The translations under genes and the position numbers were made by a program. The notes below the pieces were generated by a model that saw nothing but the letters and a program-made list of their open reading frames with translations, was not told the DNA's origin and made no database searches. Below are positions 42,345 through 49,880 of a stretch of DNA of 64,000 nt, one piece after another. Numbering within the stretch: position 1 is the stretch's first letter; every line of letters begins with the position of its first letter. The stretch is from an uncultured Lachnospiraceae bacterium (GTDB lineage: Bacteria; Bacillota; Clostridia; Lachnospirales; Lachnospiraceae), in the NCBI GenBank assembly GCA_964541485.1, contig CAZIQL010000009.1, positions 327 through 64,326 of the forward strand, given 5' to 3'.

Positions 42345-42527
42345 GATTTTTCGAAATAAAAAAAGATTTTTGTCTATTTCCTATTCCTGTCCTTGCGCTC
42401 TTCCGACATAGGTTCGTCTTCATCACGACACATCCAACGATGTGTTTGCTGTATCCGTACCTATCTCTCAGAGAGTCAGGACAGTCGAATATGGAAATAT
42501 CAAAAATCTTTGCTTTAGTTTCTGCGT

Positions 42528-44063
42528 CTATCTATAGTATAATTCTGCGAGCTTCTTATAATAAGCTGCGTCAATCTTTTCATACTGGTCTGCCGTCATT
42601 CTCCATTCCCAGTTGCCGCCAAGGGTAGACGGGAAGTTCATGCGGGCAGCATTGTCAAGATACAGTAAATCCTGCACCTGGAAAATAGCCACACGGCAAT
42701 TTAACGAGTATGCTCTCTTAATCATTGCTCTTGCAATATCATAAGGATTTCTTGCATCGTAGTAATCAGCAAGTCTCTCCTGCTGTGCCTCCGTAAGCTC
42801 AATCAATGCGCCTACCAGCGTCTCATTGTCATGAGTTCCGATGTATACGATGGAATTATCTGTTGTAAAGTTATGAGGCAGATATTCATTGGTCGGATCG
42901 GTTGCATCAAGCGCAAAACCAAGAATCTTCATGCCCGGATAACCATTTGCCTGAATCAGCTTGATTACCGGTGGTGTCAGCACACCAAGATCCTCTGCAA
43001 TAATCTTCTTATCGCCGATGGTCTCATTAATCATATCGGTTAACTTCTTACCCGGACCCTTCTTCCACTTACCTTCCATAGCGGTCGGACAAGTAGCCGG
43101 AATGGAATAATAATTCACAATTCCAATGAAGTGGTCGATACGGATAACGTCATAGTGATATGCGCAGGATTTCATACGTTCCTTCCACCAGGAGAAGCCG
43201 TCCTGCTCCATGACATCCCAACGGTAAAGCGGATTACCCCAACGCTGACCTGTCTCAGAGAACAAATCCGGCGGAACTCCTGCAATGTTAATCTCTCTTA
43301 AATCCTCGTCCAGCTCGAACAAGTCACTATGTACCCAGACATCGGCACTGTCCATGGCAACATAAAGAGGAATATCGCCAACAATTTCAATTCCAAGCTC
43401 ATGGGCATATACCATTAACTTCTTCCACTGTTCATCAAACTTAAACTGTAAGAAGTTCCAGAAACCGATTTCGCTCTTTAACTTCTTTTCATAACGACTC
43501 ACCGCTTCCGGCTGACGCAAACGGATATCGTCGTCCCATTCTGTCCAGGACTTGCTCTCAAACGAGCCCTTTACTGCCATGTAAAGACTGTAATCCGATA
43601 GCCAGTATTCATTCTCCTGTACAAAGGTCTTAAATGCCTTTGTGTTTGCGTGCTTACTTCTTGCATAAGCTTTGCGGAGCACCTCAAAACGGCTTTCATA
43701 AATCTTTGCATAATCTACCTTATCTTCCTCTTCGCCCCAGTCCTTTTCGTCAATCTCTTCCTGCAACAGTAAACCCTCTTCTGCCAGAACATCCAAATCA
43801 ATGAAATACGGATTTCCGGCAAATGCAGAGAAGGACTGATACGGGCTGTCGCCGTAGCTGGTCGGCCCGATCGGAAGTACCTGCCAGTAACGTCCGCCCG
43901 TTTCCTTTACAAAATCAGCAAACTTGTAAGCTTCTTTGCCCAGCGTTCCGATTCCGTAAGGGCTGGGAAGGCTGCTGATTGGCATGAGCAGACCGGCACC
44001 GCGCTTTAAAGCCTTTGCACTTTTATCTCCCATCTTTCTTACCATACCTTTCTCGTTTATCAA
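42528..44063 (-). CDS. malQ: 4-alpha-glucanotransferase (amylomaltase, GH77).
   Basis: 511 aa. It has GLLMPISSLPSPYGIG, WGNPLYRW, RIDHFIG and GTHDN motifs. The start may instead be the ATG at 44045 or 44033 (the track start is TTG). Confidence 0.9.
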   Translation of the reverse strand: MINEKGMVRKMGDKSAKALKRGAGLLMPISSLPSPYGIGTLGKEAYKFADFVKETGGRYWQVLPIGPTSYGDSPYQSFSAFAGNPYFIDLDVLAEEGLLLQEEIDEKDWGEEEDKVDYAKIYESRFEVLRKAYARSKHANTKAFKTFVQENEYWLSDYSLYMAVKGSFESKSWTEWDDDIRLRQPEAVSRYEKKLKSEIGFWNFLQFKFDEQWKKLMVYAHELGIEIVGDIPLYVAMDSADVWVHSDLFELDEDLREINIAGVPPDLFSETGQRWGNPLYRWDVMEQDGFSWWKERMKSCAYHYDVIRIDHFIGIVNYYSIPATCPTAMEGKWKKGPGKKLTDMINETIGDKKIIAEDLGVLTPPVIKLIQANGYPGMKILGFALDATDPTNEYLPHNFTTDNSIVYIGTHDNETLVGALIELTEAQQERLADYYDARNPYDIARAMIKRAYSLNCRVAIFQVQDLLYLDNAARMNFPSTLGGNWEWRMTADQYEKIDAAYYKKLAELYYR

Positions 44064-44210
44064 GTAATTTTCGTAAATTTTCGTTTTATGAATTCATCAT
44101 AAAGTATTTTCCCGCTCATGTCAAGAAGTTTCTTTTCCCTCACCTGCAATTATTGCGTATTTTCTGCATAAAAAGAGAGCCTCCGCACGGAAGCCCTCCT
44201 TTTGTCTTTC

Positions 44211-44639
44211 TTAAATCTCAAATTCCTCTACCAATTCATTTAACCCGGTTTCCTGTGCGGACAATTCCTCGCAAATTGCCGAAGATTCTTCTGCCGCTGC
44301 GGAGTTGCTCGCAACGACATCCGTAATCTGATTCATTTCATCTTCCAGCTTCTGCATTGCAGCTGCCTGCTCGTTGGAAAGCTCGGTAGACGCCATTGCT
44401 CCGGCACGTACCTGCTTCATCGCCGCGATTTCTCGTTCAATTAAACCCGCAGCACCTTCTGCTGTTTCCGTCATATTATCGTCCAAAATGGTCTGTACGC
44501 TACCGGTAACACATCCTAACGATACAACACCCAAGATTCCAAGACATACTGCACTGCAGTTAAACATTGCCCGCTTAATTTTCGCAGCAATCGAGTTGCT
44601 TTTTTCTTTGTTCTTTCTCTTTTGCATCTCTATTAACAT
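44211..44639 (-). CDS. Mini protein derived from a methyl-accepting chemotaxis protein: an N-terminal TM plus only the extreme C-terminal part of an MCP signalling domain. It is possibly a deletion remnant.
   Basis: 142 aa. The TM is AVCLGILGVVSLGCV. The C-terminus ITDVVASNSAAAEESSAICEELSAQETGLNELVEEFEI is a typical MCP C-terminus. There is no HAMP domain and no signalling hairpin tip. Confidence 0.55.
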   Translation of the reverse strand: MLIEMQKRKNKEKSNSIAAKIKRAMFNCSAVCLGILGVVSLGCVTGSVQTILDDNMTETAEGAAGLIEREIAAMKQVRAGAMASTELSNEQAAAMQKLEDEMNQITDVVASNSAAAEESSAICEELSAQETGLNELVEEFEI

Positions 44640-44817
44640 CCTCCCTGGAACTTTTATTTAATCCAACTTAATAGTAACTCTTTTTCTGCCGTTCTTCAAC
44701 CGCAACCGTTTTGTTCATAAAAATAATCCCATTTGTAGAAAAGAACTAATGCATTTTTCTGTCATATATGATAGAATTAATTAAAATTTGTGAAATTAGC
44801 AAGGAGTTATTATACAG

Positions 44818-45510
44818 ATGGGCAACACAGGCAAGCTTACCGCACTGAAAAACAACGGAACCTTCATCTTAATTTACCGTATTGCATCATTTTTGCTTAT
44901 CACACTCGGACTTTTGATTAGTCTTCGTGTATTTTCGGATGACCCTCATCCACATGCATTATTTACATATACCATACAGTCAAACATTTATGTCTGGATT
45001 TATTTTCTGCTTTCTATTATTAAGACAATAAAGAAGCTCCGATCCAAACAGAACGACGGAAACTACGGTTTCCATCCGGTCCTTTCCTTTGCGGCATGCA
45101 TCGCCATTGTTGTAACATTCCTTATTTTCTGGTGTTACCTTGCTCCGACCGGCTGGACACAGAACCGTTTGCTTTCTTTTAAAAACCTGACAATCCATCT
45201 GTTTTGTCCTTTGGTGATGGTTTTAGACCGTATTCTGTTTTTTGAAAAGGGAACTCTGAAAAAGTCACAGGTACTTTACATGATGATTTTCCCTTTCTTT
45301 TATGTAATACAGTCCTTTGTTCTCGGACTAAACCGGCTTATCTGGTTCTCTGAGGTAGGAGTTGAATCCTATTATATCTATCCGTTTTTGGACTTGGATG
45401 CCTACGGTCCGCTGGTATTTGTCTTTTTACTTGCTTTAACCGCACTTTTTCTTGGTATCAGCTACCTCTGGTATTACCTTGAAAAAAGAAGCGTTGTAAA
45501 AAATAAATAA
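44818..45510 (+). CDS. Hypothetical integral membrane protein with about 6 TM segments.
   Basis: 230-aa hydrophobic ORF with plausible TM periodicity, followed by a terminator. Confidence 0.6.
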   Translation: MGNTGKLTALKNNGTFILIYRIASFLLITLGLLISLRVFSDDPHPHALFTYTIQSNIYVWIYFLLSIIKTIKKLRSKQNDGNYGFHPVLSFAACIAIVVTFLIFWCYLAPTGWTQNRLLSFKNLTIHLFCPLVMVLDRILFFEKGTLKKSQVLYMMIFPFFYVIQSFVLGLNRLIWFSEVGVESYYIYPFLDLDAYGPLVFVFLLALTALFLGISYLWYYLEKRSVVKNK

Positions 45511-45523
45511 TCCTTGTTTTTTG

Positions 45524-45570
45524 GAGAAGTGTGTTGAAACTCACCGCACTTCTCTCTTTTTAACTTTTTT
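45524..45570 (+). terminator. Rho-independent terminator.
   Basis: GAGAAGTG (45524-45531) pairs with CACTTCTC (45547-45554), followed by a T-rich run. Confidence 0.6.
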
Positions 45571-45590
45571 CGAAAGTTTCGAAAGTTTCG
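45568..45590. promoter_or_regulatory. Tandem palindromic motif TTTCGAAAG x2.5, a candidate operator upstream of the second LacI-family gene.
   Basis: The sequence is TTTCGAAAGTTTCGAAAGTTTCG. It contains two perfect TTTCGAAA palindromes 9 bp apart and lies about 65 nt upstream of the 45656 start. Confidence 0.3.
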
Positions 45591-45655
45591 TTGAAAAGGA
45601 CTCTGATGTATGCTAGAATACTCTCTGTATCAACGACAGAAAGGAACTATTTTAT

Positions 45656-46660
45656 ATGCCAACCATCAAAGACATTGCCGAGCGCCTTGGCATTGCTGTC
45701 AGCACGGTATCCAAAGGATTGAACGGTGCCAGCGACATCAGCGAAGAAACCAGACAGCTCGTATTAGATACTGCGGTTGAAATGGGCTATGCGTCCAAGA
45801 AAATCAGGAACCGCACCACCACAAAGGTCTGCGTTTTTATTGAAGACCGCAACATGGACTACGAAACCATTGACCAGTTCGGTTATGAAATCGTCATGGG
45901 CTTTAAGCTCGGTGCAGCAAGCCGCAATTGGGAAGTAACTGTAATCCCATCAAACTTAACCATGCAGACCACCGAAAAATATGACAGCTACATGCTGCGC
46001 CACGGTTTTTCCGGTGCCTTCCTGCTCGGTTTTACCCTGCATGATGACTGGATCCGTCAGTTAAATAAGACCACGGTTCCTACCGTACTCCTTGACAACT
46101 ACATCCCGGCTAACCACCATGTCGGCTATGTAGGTACTGACAGTAACGAAGGTATCGGACATGCCGTCAACCACCTTGTTGCCATGGGGCATAAAAAAAT
46201 CGCATTTCTAAACGGCACCAAAAACTCCATGGTCTCCGAAGAGCGTAACCAGGCATTCTTACAGCATATGCGCGAAAACGGTATTGAACCGGATGAAAAT
46301 CTGGTTGCATATGGCTATTACGTGCCGGACTGTGCAAAATCCCACGTTCCGGCCTTTATTGAAAACGGCGCCACCGCCATTGTATGTGCAAGTGATATGA
46401 TTGCCAGCGGTGTTATCACCGAATTAAACCGCATGAACTTAAAAGTACCGGACGATATCAGCGTCATCGGCTATGACGACCTCCCGGTTGCCAGCCAACT
46501 GACACCAAAGCTGACCACCATCCGCCAGGACAGATATGACCTCGGAAAAAGTGCCGTGCTGATGTTAGACGGCTTAATCCGCGGGGTTGCATTATCCAAA
46601 ATGCTTCTTCGTGCGAAGTTCATTCCGAGAGAATCCACAAAGAGACTGGATGAGAAATAG
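45656..46660 (+). CDS. LacI family transcriptional regulator.
   Basis: 334 aa. It has the N-terminal HTH PTIKDIAERLGIAVSTVSKGLNG and a sugar-binding core. Confidence 0.9.
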   Translation: MPTIKDIAERLGIAVSTVSKGLNGASDISEETRQLVLDTAVEMGYASKKIRNRTTTKVCVFIEDRNMDYETIDQFGYEIVMGFKLGAASRNWEVTVIPSNLTMQTTEKYDSYMLRHGFSGAFLLGFTLHDDWIRQLNKTTVPTVLLDNYIPANHHVGYVGTDSNEGIGHAVNHLVAMGHKKIAFLNGTKNSMVSEERNQAFLQHMRENGIEPDENLVAYGYYVPDCAKSHVPAFIENGATAIVCASDMIASGVITELNRMNLKVPDDISVIGYDDLPVASQLTPKLTTIRQDRYDLGKSAVLMLDGLIRGVALSKMLLRAKFIPRESTKRLDEK

Positions 46661-46690
46661 AATAATCTTGTTTCAATATGCGCATAGCAA

Positions 46691-46728
46691 AACACCGTGT
46701 CCGGTTTGGACACGGTGTTCTTTTATTT
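46691..46728 (+). terminator. Bidirectional rho-independent terminator.
   Basis: AACACCGTGTCC (46691-46702) pairs perfectly with GGACACGGTGTT (46708-46719). An A-run lies upstream and CTTTTATTT downstream. Confidence 0.65.
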
Positions 46729-46736
46729 CTATTTTT

Positions 46737-49721
46737 TTATCCTCTCTTTTTCTTTACTGCAAAACCGATACCTACTCCGCCGCCAATGACTGCCACTGCT
46801 GCCACTGCCGCAATAACGACCATCATGTTATTGCCGCTGCTTCCGGTGTTATCTCCTGTCACTACTTCCGAATCGGTTGGCGCAACCGTAGGTGTCTCCG
46901 TCGGCTCCGGATTCGCTGCTGTCGGAATAGGCGTTTGGGTTACTGCAGGTTTCGTTGTAGGCATAACCGTAGGTGTCGGAGTTGCAGGAATCACTTCAGA
47001 TTTTATTATCCTACACACACTACATGTATACTCTATGTTGTTTCCCTTCTGTATTCCGCCGTCCCACTGATGTGTCTCTATAGAATCCTTTTCTCCGCAA
47101 GCACACTCATTCCAATGATTGATTTCGTCAAATTTCTGCAGGTTATAAAAATGAACTCCTTTCGCCACTTTGCAATAATCACAGATATTGCAAGACATAT
47201 CCGCTTCAGAGTCAAACACATGGTCTTCTCTATCAAGCTTTTCATTACAGACGCCACATGGCTTCCAATGTCCAAATTCATCTGCATACCATACATTTTG
47301 CTTTGTATGTGCTTCCCCCTCAGCATGCATTACAATCCACGTCACATTTTCGCCAGATACCAGATTGCTCTTATCTGTTCCTGTCCATGCACCATTTTCC
47401 CGATAGTAAGCCTCTCCCTTAAAAGTGAATGGAGCCCCTCCGTCTACCTTTGGCGGGTTTCCCTCAAAAATTACCTTTTTTAACGCCTCGCACTCTCCAA
47501 AAGCCCAGTCGCCTAATACCTCTACACCTGCCGGAATTGTAAGTTCTTTCAGAGAGTTACAGCATAGGAAGGCCGCCCTTTCTATTTCTTTCAGACTTGT
47601 CGGCAAAACAATTGTCTCCAAACTAATACAATAAGCAAATGCTCGAAACTCTATTTTTGTTATAGAATCGCCCAGCACCAATCGCTCCATGTATCGACAT
47701 TGAGCAAACATTTCTTCCGTAATAGTCTCTATTGGCGCAAGCCAGATAAGTTCTGCTATATTACACTTCTCAAAGCACATGTCTCCAATTTCTGTTATAC
47801 CTTTCGACACAGTCAGCGATACCTTTTTCTTGTAGGTAAACGCATGTTGAAAAACACTCTGTCCTAATTTTTTCAGCGTATCCGGCAGAACAATCTCCTC
47901 TAAACCGGTACATTCCAGAAATGCTCTATCTCCAATTTCCTCAATTCCTTCCGGTATAATTACTGTCAGAAGATTTTCACTTCTCCAGAAAGTTTCCCTC
48001 GCAATCTTCTTCATTTTTGGGGAAAGGACTACCTTTTCCAGTCCATAACACATGCGGAATGCACCTTCTCCCAAATATTCCACACTGTCAGGTAAAATAA
48101 CCTCTTCCAAGGAACCGCACCCTTCAAAAGCAGAGTTTCCGATATAGGTTAGACCTTCCGGTAAAGAAACTTTTTGTAAACTATCACAATAAGTAAATGC
48201 CTTATCTGCAATAACCGTCACAGACTCCGGAATAAGCACTTCCTCCAGTCCGGGACAATACGCAAATGCCTCCATACTAATTTCTGTAATCCCCTCTTCT
48301 ATTACTATTTTTTTTACAAATCCCTTCCATTCCTTCCATGAAGGATTGCCGATCTTGCCGCTTCCACTGATTGTCAGTATGCCATCGCTTGTCAAGGACC
48401 AGTTTGTGCCTTCGTTATTCACCCCGGAAGCGGCCACATCTCCGCTCTTCGGAAGTACCTTTCCGTATGACGTAAAAGACACCGGATATTCTGCAAAAAA
48501 CTCTTTGGTATGATACTCCGGGTCCTCCCAGTGTATGGCCCCTAATTCCCTGAACTCCGCTAATCCACATAGAAAATACGGATAATCCGTCGTCGTGGCA
48601 TCATTCGTTGCATCAACGCAATAATATACTCCGTCCACTTCTACAATATTCCACGCATGATATCCCACCGTACCGGATACTATCCGCGCATTAACTCCTG
48701 CCTGAAGCATCATCCGATAAACCAAATCTGCATAACCGTCACATATAGCGTATCCTGTTTTTAAAGCCCAATATGCATTTGCAACTTCCTGCGTATGGGA
48801 ATCATTCCATGCAGGATCACTAATCTCATGCGCATAAGATACATTATCACAAATATATTTGTAAATAGCACAGACCTTCTCATACTCTGTCATAGTTTCA
48901 ATCTGTAATTCTTCAAAAATCCGGTCAATTTCTTCCGTTAGCCATCGCTCTTGCTCTGCTGTAGAAGCATAATCCGGAAACCAGCCAGTTAAAGCAATAT
49001 AATGTATTTTATCGTCATAGATATCATCATAGTAATATTTTCCTTCCCAGTTATCCCACAAGATATCACCTTCTGTTGCTCTTCCGGTATATTTACATAT
49101 TTCCTCAAAAAGCGCTGTTTGCTCCTCTCCTATGAGCAACTCTATCTCCTTCTCAAAATAGTAGCAGACTTCCATGCCAATATTTCTCTGTACAAGATGG
49201 TCTTTTAAATACGCTGCTGCTTCCTCGATGGACAGATACACTTTTCCATCTTTTGTCAAATGTGCACTTTCATTATACCAAGTTGGCTTTTTATGTCCAC
49301 ATCTCTCACAATCGTCTCCGGAATACACATGTAATTCTTTTTCCGTCTCTTCCCCGCAATCACACTGTTCCCAATGATATAATTCGTCACTCATCTGCGT
49401 TTCAAATTTATGCTTTAATTCTCTTTTGTATCCGCACCAATAACATATGGTGTCATTTGCATTCGTATAATAATGTTTCTGGTAATCCCATGTCTTTCCA
49501 CACTCACATACCTTCCACGAATACTTCGCATCGGTACAAACCGTGTCAAAGGAATGCTCTACCGCCCGATACTCACCACAAACATTACATTTATGGTCAC
49601 AATCATAATCATACACATGCTCTGTACATTCTTCTGCCAGCACCTGCTTTGCTTCTCCCGACAACACAAACGCCAGTACAAGAGAGAACACACACAGCCA
49701 AACCCCTTTACATCTGTTCAT
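46737..49721 (-). CDS. Large TM-anchored surface protein. In order it has a signal peptide, Cys/His repeat modules, a transglutaminase-like cysteine protease core, BspA-type leucine-rich repeats, more Cys/His modules, a PT linker and a C-terminal TM.
   Basis: The likely start is the ATG at 49721 (MNRCKGVWLCVFSLVLAFVLSG) after GGAGGGAAAG. The TGase-like core is CDGYADLVYRMMLQAGVNARIVSG..GYHAWNIVEVDGVYYCVDAT. About 10 LRRs have the form EEVxxPxSVxxIGxxAFxxC. The C-terminus is PATPTPTVMPTT...VVIAAVAAVAVIGGGVGIGFAVKKKRG. Confidence 0.8.
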   Translation of the reverse strand: MNRCKGVWLCVFSLVLAFVLSGEAKQVLAEECTEHVYDYDCDHKCNVCGEYRAVEHSFDTVCTDAKYSWKVCECGKTWDYQKHYYTNANDTICYWCGYKRELKHKFETQMSDELYHWEQCDCGEETEKELHVYSGDDCERCGHKKPTWYNESAHLTKDGKVYLSIEEAAAYLKDHLVQRNIGMEVCYYFEKEIELLIGEEQTALFEEICKYTGRATEGDILWDNWEGKYYYDDIYDDKIHYIALTGWFPDYASTAEQERWLTEEIDRIFEELQIETMTEYEKVCAIYKYICDNVSYAHEISDPAWNDSHTQEVANAYWALKTGYAICDGYADLVYRMMLQAGVNARIVSGTVGYHAWNIVEVDGVYYCVDATNDATTTDYPYFLCGLAEFRELGAIHWEDPEYHTKEFFAEYPVSFTSYGKVLPKSGDVAASGVNNEGTNWSLTSDGILTISGSGKIGNPSWKEWKGFVKKIVIEEGITEISMEAFAYCPGLEEVLIPESVTVIADKAFTYCDSLQKVSLPEGLTYIGNSAFEGCGSLEEVILPDSVEYLGEGAFRMCYGLEKVVLSPKMKKIARETFWRSENLLTVIIPEGIEEIGDRAFLECTGLEEIVLPDTLKKLGQSVFQHAFTYKKKVSLTVSKGITEIGDMCFEKCNIAELIWLAPIETITEEMFAQCRYMERLVLGDSITKIEFRAFAYCISLETIVLPTSLKEIERAAFLCCNSLKELTIPAGVEVLGDWAFGECEALKKVIFEGNPPKVDGGAPFTFKGEAYYRENGAWTGTDKSNLVSGENVTWIVMHAEGEAHTKQNVWYADEFGHWKPCGVCNEKLDREDHVFDSEADMSCNICDYCKVAKGVHFYNLQKFDEINHWNECACGEKDSIETHQWDGGIQKGNNIEYTCSVCRIIKSEVIPATPTPTVMPTTKPAVTQTPIPTAANPEPTETPTVAPTDSEVVTGDNTGSSGNNMMVVIAAVAAVAVIGGGVGIGFAVKKKRG

Positions 49722-49831
49722 TTTTCTTTCCCTCCATCTACTTTTTCTCTTCCCCACAAGGAATTTAATTTCATTATAATCAAATACACATGCCTCCGCA
49801 ATAAACCATTTGCCTTATATATACCTCTATG

Positions 49832-49866
49832 AACAAAAAACAGGAGCAGCATCTCTGCCACTCCTG
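49832..49866 (-). terminator. Weak rho-independent terminator candidate after the 334-aa surface protein gene.
   Basis: On the plus strand CAGGAG (49841-49846) pairs with CTCCTG (49861-49866). On the minus strand the hairpin is followed by a T-run (the plus-strand A-run 49832-49840). Confidence 0.45.
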
Positions 49867-49880
49867 CACAATTCTTGTCG

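Noticed and set aside
42405-42420. GGTTCG motif suggesting a tRNA T-arm.
   Set aside because: The flanking sequence lacks the GGTTCGAATCC-type T-loop, an acceptor stem and an anticodon arm. The helices in this gap do not form a cloverleaf.
42440-42628. 62-aa plus-strand ORF spanning the yaaL-malQ gap and the malQ 3' end.
   Set aside because: It has no RBS, overlaps the malQ stop region in antisense, and its translation is not protein-like.
46587-47483. 298-aa and 130-aa plus-strand ORFs overlapping the 3' end of the 1006-aa surface protein gene.
   Set aside because: They arise from the PT-rich linker and Cys-module coding region read in antisense. Their composition (Cys/Arg/His runs) is not protein-like.
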